Below are positions 8,821-18,619 of a stretch of 64,000 bases of DNA, in pieces. The DNA is from Nitrospirota bacterium (GTDB lineage Bacteria; Nitrospirota; JACRHJ01). The notes beneath the pieces are model-generated. The model saw only the letters and a program-made list of their open reading frames with translations. It ran no database searches and had not been told where the DNA came from. The position numbers were made by a program, and so were the translations under genes. The stretch spans positions 21,604 to 85,603 of the forward strand of contig CAVTDB010000016.1 of the NCBI GenBank assembly GCA_963733375.1, given 5' to 3'. Each line of letters begins with the position of its first letter. Positions within the stretch are counted from its first letter, which is position 1.

Positions 8821-9736
8821 ATGTCTGCGACAATTATTGACGGGAACAAGATCGGCGAGGAGATAAAGCTTGAGATAATCAAGGAAGTCGAAGCCCTGAA
8901 GGCAAAGGGTATCGTGCCGGGTATCGCGACGCTTTTAGTGGGAGACAACTACGGCGCGAAGATGTACCGGGGCCAGGTCGAGAAGAACTGCGCCGAGGTG
9001 GGCTTCAATTACATAAACGCGAACCCCGCCGAGACAGCCTCGGAGGCGGAGGTCGTCGAAGCGGTAAAAAAGCTCAACGCGGATAAATCCGTGTCCGGCA
9101 TCCTTCCGCTCCGGCCTTTCCCGGCGCAGATAAGCGACTCATCCATCATCAACTCCATCGACGTAAATAAAGACATCGACTGCTTCCATCCGTCCAACAT
9201 GGGCAAGCTGGTCCTGGGCGAGCCTACCTTCCCGCCCGCGACTCCGTCTGCCTGCATCGAGATGCTGGACAGGCTTGGCGTCGATTTTACCGGCGCGGAG
9301 ATAGTCGTGGTGGGGCATTGCAAACATCGTCGGCAAGCCCGTGATGCTCATCGCGCTGAACCGTAACGCCACCACGTCCAACGTCCATATCTTCACCTCC
9401 CAGAAAGGCAACACGAAAAAGCACACGCTGGGCGCGGACATACTTATCGTCGCCGCGGGCAAGGCGGGCCTTGTAACGAAAGACATGGTGAAGCCCGGCG
9501 CGATAGTGATAGACGTGGGCATAAACCGAGTTAACGTGCTGGACGCCGAGGGCAAGCCGGTATTAAACGACAAGGGCAAGCCGAAGACGAAGACGGTCGG
9601 CGACGTGGACTTCGAGAACGTGAAAGAGGTGGCATCCGCCATCTCCCCCGTCCCCGGCGGCGTCGGCTCTGTCACGAACATGATGCTTATGAAGAACGCG
9701 CTCCGCGCCTGCAAGATACAGCACGGGATAGCGTAA
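8821..9736 (+). CDS. folD: Methylene-THF dehydrogenase FolD (frameshift about 9320)
   Basis: IIDG, KDID, PATP, IVGKP, DVGINR, GDVDF, PVPGGVG. Confidence 0.92.
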
Positions 9737-9777
9737 CCCTCACCCCCTGCCCCTCTCCCAGAGGCGGGCGAGGGGTT
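9735..9777. repeat. REP-like element of the CCCTCACCCC..CCCTCTCCC..GGG.GAGGG type
   Basis: AACCCTCACCCCCTGCCCCTCTCCCAGAGGCGGGCGAGGGGTT; only one full copy in window. Confidence 0.5.
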
Positions 9778-9785
9778 AAGGAATG

Positions 9786-11036
9786 TCATCCGAGCGAAGT
9801 TGTAGGGGCCGACCATCTGGTCGGCCCTTTTTTTATTTCCTCTAAACAGCCGCTTTTCCTGTTCCCTCTCCCATAAACAGCGATATATATAATAAACAGC
9901 CCGGCCGAGACCAGCGCCATTACCGCGCCGTAATAGAACGTCGCGGCGGGGGAGACGTGGTCCCAGAGCCAGCCGCCGATGAGGCTCGCCGGGAGAAGGG
10001 CCAGGCCCACCGCCATGTTGTATATCCCGAAGGCGGTCGCCTTGAACTCCTTCGGTATCACCTCCGCTAAATAGGCTTTCTGTATGCCGTCCGTCATGCC
10101 CATGAAGAGGCCGTATGCGCCGAAAAGCAGCCATACGCTCCGGATATCCGCGATCCTTGCGAACCCGTAATAGATTGCCGCGAACATAAAAAACGCGATG
10201 AGGATTATGCGCTTCCTGCCGAACTTGTCCGCCGCGATCCCGGCGGGCATCGAAGTCAGCGAATAAATCGTGTTGTACACCATATATACGATGGGGATTG
10301 TCAGCGGCCTGATGCCCACACCCTGCGCGCGCAGGATAAGGAAGGCGTCGCTTGAGTTGCCGATGGAGAATATGGTTACGATTATGACGTAGAACCTGAA
10401 CCTGCCGCTTAAGACGCTCCAGGAAAACTTCGGCGGAGCGGCGTTTCCCTTGGGCTTAAGTTTTTTCTCCTTTATGAAAAGGATAATGACGACGACCGCG
10501 ATAACAGCCGGTATCATCGATACCCAGAAGACCTTGCGGAAGTCGCCTGAGAAAGCCTCCAGCAGGAAGAACGCCGTCGCGGGGCCGATAACCGCTCCGA
10601 ACGTATCCATCGCGCGGTGGAAGCCGAAGGCCGCGCCGTAACGGGAAGCTTCGGTGGACTCGGCAATAATGGCGTCCCTGGGCGCGGTGCGCACTCCCTT
10701 GCCGACCCGGTCCAGGAACCTCCCCACCAGCACTACATGCCAGCCGGTAGCGAGCGCGATTATGGGGCGGCTCAAGGTGGATAAGCCGTAACCGCCCGCC
10801 ATCAGGCCCTTTCGCTTGCCTAACCTGTCCGACAACCAGCCGGAAAAAATTTTGAGGATGCTGGCGGTGGACTCCGCAATGCCCTCGATAAGGCCGATTA
10901 ATTCCTTGCTCGCACCCAGGACGTTGGCGAGGAACAGCGGCATCAGCGGATAGATCATCTCGCTGCTTATGTCCATAAGCAGGCTGACAACCCCCGCGAC
11001 GTATATGTTGCGGCTGAGGCCGAAGGGTTTCTTCAA
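9786..11036 (-). CDS. MFS transporter
   Basis: About 12 TM segments; GWLSDRLGKRK and ADKFGRKR motif A; 3' end uncertain. Confidence 0.92.
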   Translation of the reverse strand: MKKPFGLSRNIYVAGVVSLLMDISSEMIYPLMPLFLANVLGASKELIGLIEGIAESTASILKIFSGWLSDRLGKRKGLMAGGYGLSTLSRPIIALATGWHVVLVGRFLDRVGKGVRTAPRDAIIAESTEASRYGAAFGFHRAMDTFGAVIGPATAFFLLEAFSGDFRKVFWVSMIPAVIAVVVIILFIKEKKLKPKGNAAPPKFSWSVLSGRFRFYVIIVTIFSIGNSSDAFLILRAQGVGIRPLTIPIVYMVYNTIYSLTSMPAGIAADKFGRKRIILIAFFMFAAIYYGFARIADIRSVWLLFGAYGLFMGMTDGIQKAYLAEVIPKEFKATAFGIYNMAVGLALLPASLIGGWLWDHVSPAATFYYGAVMALVSAGLFIIYIAVYGRGNRKSGCLEEIKKGPTRWSAPTTSLG

Positions 11037-11044
11037 CGGTTATT

Positions 11045-11476
11045 TTACTTGACGATGGTGACGGTACAGGGCGAATACGACGCAACCCTCTTTGACACGG
11101 ACCCCAGGAGCCAGTCGGCAATCGCAGACCTGCCGCGGTGCCCCATTATTATCACGTCGCAACCCTTTTCCCCGGCATACTTTACGATCATATCGGCGGG
11201 ATGCCCCATGACCACTTCCGTACTGATTTTGACTCCCTTTTTTTCCGCCCGCTCTTTAAGAGCCTTGAACTGCTCTTCGTAGTACTCGGTAATGCCTTTA
11301 ATTATCGAGCCCGAGTTGATTAAAGTGGACTCCACCGGTTCGGGCAACTGCGCCACCGAAACGACCAATACAGTCGCGGACTTGTTGGAACACTTGACGT
11401 CCATCTCCAAGGCAGTGTCGAAAGCCTTGTTGGACTGCTCCGAACCGTCGAAAGCTACAAGCATCTTTCTGAACAT
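11045..11476 (-). CDS. Universal stress protein
   Basis: LVAFDGS, IIMGHRGRS...LLGSVS. Confidence 0.93.
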   Translation of the reverse strand: MFRKMLVAFDGSEQSNKAFDTALEMDVKCSNKSATVLVVSVAQLPEPVESTLINSGSIIKGITEYYEEQFKALKERAEKKGVKISTEVVMGHPADMIVKYAGEKGCDVIIMGHRGRSAIADWLLGSVSKRVASYSPCTVTIVK

Positions 11477-11615
11477 GGCGTCCTCCTTTTAAATAAACGT
11501 GGTTATAATTCCCGGCTTAAGGCTTAAGATGTTCTACATATTGATTTAAAGATATACGGGAACCGATTGGGCAGTCAAGGTGAATTCGATAAAATCCGGT
11601 AAAGCCACGGTATTC

Positions 11616-11645
11616 TTGACATTGGCTATACGGTGGTGATATGAT
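11616..11645 (+). promoter_or_regulatory. sigma70 promoter of ileS operon
   Basis: TTGACA-N18-TATGAT with extended -10 TG. Confidence 0.6.
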
Positions 11646-11683
11646 TTCCTATTCTATGCATTTAACCTACCCAGGACATTCAA

Positions 11684-14617
11684 ATGGACTATAAAGACAC
11701 GCTGAACCTCCCGCGCACGGAGTTCCCCATGCGGGCGAACCTGGCCGTGAAGGAGTTGGATTTCCTTAAAAGCTGGAAAGAGATGGACCTCTACGGCAAG
11801 CTCCGGGAACGGGACGCCGGACGGGAAAAATTCATACTCCACGACGGCCCGCCCTACGCCAACGGCCATATCCATATCGGACACGCGCTGAACAAGATAC
11901 TGAAGGACATAATCGTGAAGGCCCGGACGATGGAGGGATACGGCGCGCCGTATGTACCCGGCTGGGACTGCCACGGCCTGCCGATAGAGCTGCAGGTGGA
12001 CAAGGACTTAAAGGGCAAAAAAGAGACGATGGCCCCCGGCGAATTCCGCGGGCACTGCCGGGAATATGCCAAGAAATTCGTGGAGATACAGCGGGACGAG
12101 TTTATCCGCTTAGGCGTGATAGGCGACTGGTACAACCCCTACCTCACGATGAACTACGGCTTTGAAGCGTCAATCGTCCGGGAGTTCGGCAAGTTCGTGG
12201 GCAACGGCGGGGTATACAAGGGCAAAAAGCCGATCCACTGGTGCGCGTCCTGCGTGACGGCGCTGGCGGAGGCGGAAGTCGAATACGCCGACCATTCATC
12301 GAAGTCGGTCTATGTGAAGTTCAAATTGGACGGCACACTCGCGGATTGGGCGGAAAAAAATAACCCGGCGGCTAAAGAGACCTTAAAGAAAATTCAGGAC
12401 ATGGCGGGGGGGCTGCCTGTTTCCGCCGTAATCTGGACGACTACTCCCTGGACGTTGCCCGCGAACCTCGCGCTTTCCGTGAACCCGGGCTTTGAATATA
12501 TAGCTAATGCACAGGGAAGGTCATGGAGCGTCTTTTAGTGGCATAGCGCTGGCCGGATGAATATGCAAAGAAATCTTGGGCATTAAGCACTCGGCACGGA
12601 GGAGTTTTGGACCGTTCGGGTGGAGTCACGAAGGTATAAATACATGCTCTCTCACGTTAAATGGTTCGGACCTTGAGGGCCTTAACTTCCGGCACCCGTT
12701 CCTGGACCGCCTCTCTCCCGTGCTGACGGGCGAGCACGTAACGCTTGAGGCGGGTACGGGAATTGTCCATACCGCGCCGGGGCATGGGCAGGAGGACTAC
12801 GAGATAGGCCAGAAGTACGGCCTCGATATTTATACGCCTGTTGACGACCACGGGAAGTTTACGGACGACGTGAAATTCTTCGCCGGGATGCACGTCTTCA
12901 AGGCGGACAAGGCTATTATAGAGAAGCTGACGGAAGTCGATGCGCTTCTTGCGATGGAGCCGATAACCCACTCCTATCCGCACTGCTGGCGGTGCAAGAA
13001 CCCCGTGCTATTCCGCGCGACGGAGCAGTGGTTCATCTCGATGGAGAAGAACGGGCTCCGGGAGAAGGCGCTGGAATATATAAATAAGGTGGAGTGGGTG
13101 CCGGGCTGGGGAATCGACCGCATCCGGGGGATGATAGAGAGCAGGCCGGACTGGTGCATTTCGCGCCAGAGGGCGTGGGGAGTGCCGATCACGATATTCC
13201 AGTGCGCCGGGTGCGGCGAGCGGCTCATGGATGAGAACATAGTCGAGCATGTGGCGAACCTCATGGAGAAAGCGGGCGCGGATATATGGTTCACCCTCCC
13301 GCCGGAAGAGCTTCTGCCAGAAGGCACAACCTGCCCGAAATGCGGCGGCAAAGAATTTAAAAAGGAAACCGACATCCTGGACGTCTGGTTCGACTCCGGA
13401 GTAAGCCAGGCGGCGGTCCTGAAGAGGCGTCCGGAACTTGCATGGCCCGCGGACTTATACCTGGAAGGCAGCGACCAGCACAGGGGCTGGTTCCAAAGCT
13501 CACTTTTGACTGCCGTCGGCACGGTAGGCGTGGCCCCCTTCAAGAGCGTCCTCACCCACGGGTTCACGGTGGACGGCGAGGGCAAGAAGATGTCCAAGTC
13601 CAAGGGCAACGTTATCGCGCCGCAGAAGGTAATCGACCAGTACGGGGCGGAAATCTTAAGGCTCTGGGTTTCGGCTTCGGACTATACCGAAGACGTGAGG
13701 ATATCGGACGAGATACTTAAGCGGCTCTCCGAGGCGTACAGGCGCATAAGGAACACCGCGAGATATATACTGGGGAACTTATCCGACTTCGACCCGGCTC
13801 AAAGACGCCGTGCCGTATAAAGAGATGGCGGAGCTGGACCGCTGGGCGCTCCACAGATTACAGGGGCTGAACCTCAAAATCCGGAAGGCGTACAAAGACA
13901 GCGAGTTCCATCTCATCTACCACACCCTGCACAACTTCTGCGCCGTGGACATGAGCGCGTTTTATCTGGACGTCCTGAAGGACAGGCTGTACACGGAGAA
14001 GCCCGACGGCGTCCTCAGGCGCTCCGCGCAGACGGCGATGTACGAGATCCTCTCCGGGATGATAAGGCTGATGGCCCCGGTGCTGTCGTTCACGGCGGAA
14101 GAGGTCTGGGCGTTCATCCCGGGAGCGGGCAAGGAGCAGAGCGTGCACCTTGCGGATTTCCCGGAACTTCGAGACGACTGGCTGGACCCGGCTCTTGAGG
14201 AGCGGTGGGATAAAATACTCGCCGTCCGGGGCGAGGCGTCGAAGGTGCTGGAAAAGCTGCGCGCGGACAGGGTAATAGGACATTCCCTGGACGCGAAGGT
14301 GGAAATATACGCGGAGACGAAGCTAGCCGATTTGCTTAATGAATTATGAAGATGAACTTGCGTCGATATTTATCGTATCCGAGGCGCTGATATACCCGCT
14401 TAACTCGGACCGGAAGTCTGCCTACAGGCGTAGGTTGCCGCGGATTTCATTGACTACCGGCCGAGGCGTTAAGGGTGCTACGCAAGCGGAGTTTACGGTC
14501 TCCGCCTCCCCTGCCGAAGGGGTGAAGTGCGAGCGGTGCTGGCAGATCAAAAAAGACGTGGGAATCTCCGAGTCGCACCCTACCCTGTGCGGCAGGTGCG
14601 CGAGTGTTTTAGAATAG
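11684..14617 (+). CDS. ileS: Isoleucine-tRNA ligase (at least three frameshifts)
   Basis: [32 protein letters not shown]-terminal CERCW/CGRC zinc motif. Confidence 0.96.
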
Positions 14618-14620
14618 GTA

Positions 14621-15120
14621 TTGCCATTGTCCCGCAAAAGTAAGATAATATTAATAACCGGAGGCGTTATATTCTGCCTCGACCGGCTGACGAAGCTCCT
14701 GGCGGCGCGCATCTGCAGCTTTGGGACTCGGTCCCGGTTATAAAAGGTTATTTCGACATCACGCTTGTCCATAACACCGGGGCCGCGTTCGGGTTTATGG
14801 CGGTGGCAAGGCAGTCCTTAAGGCTCCCGTTCCTGCTGATAACCGCGGGGTTTGCGGTGGCGCTCCTTTTATATTTCATTAAAAGGACCGAGGGCCATGA
14901 GACGCTGACGCTTATCGCGCTCGCGCTGGTCGTGGGCGGGGCGGCGGGTAACATGGCGGACCGGATAGCCTTCGGATACGTGATAGATTTCATAGACTGG
15001 CACGCTGGCGAGTTTTACCACTGGCCGGCGTTTAATATCGCCGATTCCGGCATTACCGTAGGAGTTTTTATTTTGGCCTACGAGTTCCTGATAAAGAAAA
15101 AATCCGGCTGTACGGCCTGA
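14621..15120 (+). CDS. lspA: Lipoprotein signal peptidase II (frameshifts near 14710-14750)
   Basis: DRLTK, NTGAAFG, GNMADR, VIDF, FNIAD. Confidence 0.92.
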
Positions 15121-15141
15121 AGCGAAGCCGCGGAGGAATGA

Positions 15142-15864
15142 TTGGAAAAACAGATTAGCCAGGTCGAAAAGTACTACAACAAGGGTCTTGACGCCCTCGA
15201 TGCGGGCAACTGGCTGCTTGCGGTCCAGTGGTTCAAGAAGTGCATCGAGTTTGACCCCAAATACGCCCCCGCGTACCACGAGCTTGCGGACATCTTCTAC
15301 CATAACGAGCAATACGACGCCGCGCTTTCCGTGCTGATAGACGCCATAACGCTGGACCCGAAGGACGCGGAATCCACCTTTGCCCTGGGCAGCGTGTACC
15401 TGGCCCAGAATAAGTTCCTGGAAGCGCTCCGGGTATTCAAGAGGCTGGAGCAGGAGGCGCCGGAGTTCGCGCCGGAGCTTTATTACAACCTGGGCGTCTG
15501 CTACAAGCACCTGGGCTATACGGAATACGCGATGGATTACCTTAAGCTGGCGCTGGAGGAGGACCCGTCTTATTTCGAGTGCCTTGAGGTAATGGGGAAG
15601 CTCCATTTCGAGGCGGGGAAATTTGACGAGGCCAAGAAAGCTTTTAAAGAGGTCCTGGACGTGGACCCCGGCAACATCGAAGCGCACCATATGCTTGGAG
15701 TCATATATTCCAAGGAGATGGACCTGGACGCCGCTATAAAGGAATGGGAGACCGTGAATATGTCGCCCAATTCCGACGAAGCGCTCCGTACGCTCGCTTT
15801 AACGTCCATATCCGACGCCAAGGCATTAAAAACAAAAGATAAGAAAGAGAGTAAGGAGAAATAA
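15142..15864 (+). CDS. TPR repeat protein
   Basis: Repeated 34-aa A..LG..Y...G...EA...F...L..DP pattern. Confidence 0.88.
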   Translation: MEKQISQVEKYYNKGLDALDAGNWLLAVQWFKKCIEFDPKYAPAYHELADIFYHNEQYDAALSVLIDAITLDPKDAESTFALGSVYLAQNKFLEALRVFKRLEQEAPEFAPELYYNLGVCYKHLGYTEYAMDYLKLALEEDPSYFECLEVMGKLHFEAGKFDEAKKAFKEVLDVDPGNIEAHHMLGVIYSKEMDLDAAIKEWETVNMSPNSDEALRTLALTSISDAKALKTKDKKESKEK

Positions 15865-16661
15865 TGCATCCAGTGCTTTTCAATGTCGGTCCGTTCACCG
15901 TACACACCTACGGCGCCTTGATCGCGCTCGCGTTCCTCGTGGGGCTTATCCTCGCGGCTAAAGAGGCGAAGCGAAAGGGCATAGACCCGGAGCGCATGAT
16001 GGACCTGGGCCTTTACATACTTATCGCGGCGATACTCGGCTCGCGTATTTTCCAGGTCGCCGTGGAACATAAATACTTCTCTCAGAACCCGCTGGAAATC
16101 TTCAAGATATGGAAGGGCGGACTCGCATTTTACGGCGGGTTTATCGGCGCGGTTTTCATGGGGATATGGTACTTGAGGAAGCATGACATGCCGGTCTGGA
16201 AGGTAGGCGACGCCCTTGCGCCGTCCATCGCGCTCGGACAGGCGATAGGACGCCTTGGATGCCTTTCGGCGGGCTGCTGTTACGGCCTTCCGACCGACCT
16301 CCCCTGGGGCATCACGTTCAACGCGCCCGGGACGCTCGCGCTGCCCGGCATCCCCCTGCAACCCACCCAGTTATACGAGTCTTTCAGCATGTTCATTCTG
16401 TTCGGCGTGCTGTGGGCGTTGCGCAAGAGGATAAAGGTCGAAGGCCAGCTTTTCTGGACTTACGTGATGTCGTACAGCGTAATCCGGTTTATAATCGAGT
16501 TTTTCCGGGGCGACACGCAGCGCGGCTTCATTCAGATGGGGAGCTTCGACCTCTCCAGCTCCCAGGCGGTCGCCATCTTCGCGTTCATGACCTCGGTGGT
16601 CGCCCTGACGGCGCTCAGGGCGCAGGCGAGGAAGGCAAAAGCGCTTAATCAGGAAGGGTGA
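15864..16661 (+). CDS. lgt: Prolipoprotein diacylglyceryl transferase
   Basis: MHPVL, IWKGGLAFYGG, GRLGC, PTQLYE, RFIIEFFRGD. Confidence 0.95.
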   Translation: MHPVLFNVGPFTVHTYGALIALAFLVGLILAAKEAKRKGIDPERMMDLGLYILIAAILGSRIFQVAVEHKYFSQNPLEIFKIWKGGLAFYGGFIGAVFMGIWYLRKHDMPVWKVGDALAPSIALGQAIGRLGCLSAGCCYGLPTDLPWGITFNAPGTLALPGIPLQPTQLYESFSMFILFGVLWALRKRIKVEGQLFWTYVMSYSVIRFIIEFFRGDTQRGFIQMGSFDLSSSQAVAIFAFMTSVVALTALRAQARKAKALNQEG

Positions 16662-16667
16662 ACCAGA

Positions 16668-16949
16668 TTGCCCCGCGCCTGCGACATAGGAAAGAGAAAC
16701 AAGCTGGACCCGCGGCTTCGGCGCTGGCTTCTGACTTCCGCGGCGATTTTCGCGTTCATCGGCCTTGCCGGCGGGTCCTACGTGGGATTCGGGATCGTCA
16801 CCGGAGAGGCGGCCCTTAAATCCCCCTTCATGGACAAGCTCTTCCTTAATTCGTTTATCGCCGTCTCCGGCGCCGCCGCCGGGATGATATTCGGGGCGTT
16901 CGTGGGCAGCACGCTTTACAGGTTCATCGGGAACCCGCCGAAAAAGTAA
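16668..16949 (+). CDS. Small two-TM hypothetical protein
   Basis: Two hydrophobic segments directly after lgt. Confidence 0.6.
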   Translation: MPRACDIGKRNKLDPRLRRWLLTSAAIFAFIGLAGGSYVGFGIVTGEAALKSPFMDKLFLNSFIAVSGAAAGMIFGAFVGSTLYRFIGNPPKK

Positions 16950-17049
16950 TTTTATACCGATAAAAGTTACCCCCTTCCCTTGACAATACCGCCTTGTTGA
17001 GTTATCTCTTTAAAAACAATGTTTAATTTCATCCCTTCCGGAGGACGTC

Positions 17050-17469
17050 ATGGCGAGTAAAGAGCTTATGCAGATGCTGAACGACGCGATAGCGATGGAA
17101 CTCCAGGTGAGCATCCAGTACATGTGGCAGCACGTTTCTGTCCGCGGCATCAACTCGGAAACGGTGGGCGGAGTGGTAAAGGGCGTCTCCATCACCGAGA
17201 TGAAGCACGCGGAGAAGATTGCGGAGCGGCTGGATTACCTGGGCGGAGTCCCCACCACGAAGCCGAACCCCATCGAGGTGGGCTCGACCACGAAGGACAT
17301 CCTGACTTTAGACAAGAAGGCGGAAGAGGGCACGATAAAGTTTTACAAGGAAGTAATCGCCCAGGCCGCGAAAGAAGGAGACGTGGTGACGAGGAAACTT
17401 TTTGAAGACATCCTCGCGGACGAGGAAGGCCACCACAACACGTTTTCCACGCTGCTCGAAAAAGATTGA
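17050..17469 (+). CDS. Ferritin-like/bacterioferritin family protein
   Basis: Di-iron pattern E..Y, EMKH, EE, EEGH; GGAGG RBS. Confidence 0.9.
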   Translation: MASKELMQMLNDAIAMELQVSIQYMWQHVSVRGINSETVGGVVKGVSITEMKHAEKIAERLDYLGGVPTTKPNPIEVGSTTKDILTLDKKAEEGTIKFYKEVIAQAAKEGDVVTRKLFEDILADEEGHHNTFSTLLEKD

Positions 17470-17486
17470 AACACCGCTCTTAAAAC

Positions 17487-17517
17487 AAAAAGCCTGCCGG
17501 AACCGGCAGGCTTTTTT
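17487..17517. terminator. Bidirectional terminator
   Basis: AAAAAGCCTGCCGG-aa-CCGGCAGGCTTTTTT. Confidence 0.85.
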
Positions 17518-17519
17518 AT

Positions 17520-17882
17520 TTAATCCGCATTTATTTCCCCGTCCGCCCAGCGGCCTATCCGGTCCGCAAAGACGGGGTCCAGGTCTAAAAATTCGAGGCC
17601 TCCCCTGCTGACATTCGTCTTGCCCCCCGAAAACTCGCCGGCCCATCTTACCTTTGCCCGGCACCTGATTATCGATTCCGTACCCGGCAGCGTGAATTCC
17701 AGCTCCAGTTCATCCCCCTCGCGTATCGGCATATGGGTATGGATGAGCATACCGGAGCGGCTGATGTTCTGCGCGTGGCCGAAGAAACTTTTCGACTCGT
17801 CCAGGACCGGCGCCACGGTAATGACGCTTCCCGGCGAACTCCTTCTGAACCCGGACCTTCTTTCCAATCCTTCGGCATCCAT
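17520..17882 (-). CDS. PilZ domain protein (c-di-GMP receptor)
   Basis: RxxxR (ERRSGFR) and NISRSG motifs, GLEF. Confidence 0.85.
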   Translation of the reverse strand: MDAEGLERRSGFRRSSPGSVITVAPVLDESKSFFGHAQNISRSGMLIHTHMPIREGDELELEFTLPGTESIIRCRAKVRWAGEFSGGKTNVSRGGLEFLDLDPVFADRIGRWADGEINAD

Positions 17883-17993
17883 CCTTTCCCCCCGTTTTCC
17901 TCAAGTCTTATTATTTGCTAAAAATCTCCACAAGTCAAGGGTTCGCGCTAAATATGCTATAATAGGAATAAGTTCTGATAATAGGAGGGTGAC

Positions 17994-18392
17994 ATGAAAA
18001 AAGGGGATGTTTACAAGGATATAGAGGAAACTTTCGGCTTTGTTCCGACCTTCATGAAGTCAATCCCGGATTCCACCATCGAGCACGAGTGGGCGCTTTT
18101 CAAGAAGATCCAGCTTGAAGACAGCTTATCCCGCACAAATACAGGGAACTGATAGGGCTCGGGATAAGCGCGGTTTCCAAATGCCGTTACTGTACGCTTT
18201 TCCATACCGAGATGGCGAAGCTTTACGGGGCGACGGACGAGGAGATCGAAGAGGCGGTGCATTACGCCAAGGCCAGCGCGGGCTGGAGCGCCTATTTAAA
18301 CGGGATGCAGGTCGGACTACGACCTTTTCAAGGAGGAACTCGGCAAAGCGACGAAATACGCAAAAAAACACGCCATGAAGAAGGCGGCATAA
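17994..18392 (+). CDS. Carboxymuconolactone decarboxylase/AhpD family protein (two frameshifts)
   Basis: GGAGG RBS; joined frames FGFVPTF...KYRELIGL...KCRYCTLFH...GATDEEIEEA. Confidence 0.8.
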
Positions 18393-18493
18393 GGCCCGGT
18401 CGTCAGGGGGTAGAAGGCCGGAAATTGCCATGCCATAGAAGTTTCTATTGACAAATCAGGGCGATTCAGGCTAAATTATGACGCTTTTTCATT

Positions 18494-18570
18494 GGCGGTG
18501 TAGCTCAGGTGGTCAGAGCATGCGGCTCATATCCGCAGTGTCCGGGGTTCAAATCCCTGCACCGCCACCA
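18494..18570 (+). tRNA. tRNA-Met (CAT), elongator type
   Basis: Cloverleaf GGCGGTG...CACCGCC-ACCA, anticodon arm TGCGG-CTCATAT-CCGCA; upstream TTGACA-N18-TAAATT. Confidence 0.95.
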
Positions 18571-18619
18571 AAATCAAAACCCTCCCATGCTTAATATGAT
18601 GCCTGGGAGGGTTTTTCAT

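Noticed and set aside
12530-12550. Genome-wide TAG recoding (TAG codons near the ileS break and in aspS)
   Set aside because: TAG terminates several genes at expected lengths; the ileS TAGs lie in an indel-rich stretch
18494-18570. tRNA-Ile2 (TilS substrate) next to tilS
   Set aside because: Acceptor stem GGCGGTG resembles elongator tRNA-Met and lacks the C4/C5 pattern of Ile2; paired G1-C72 excludes initiator
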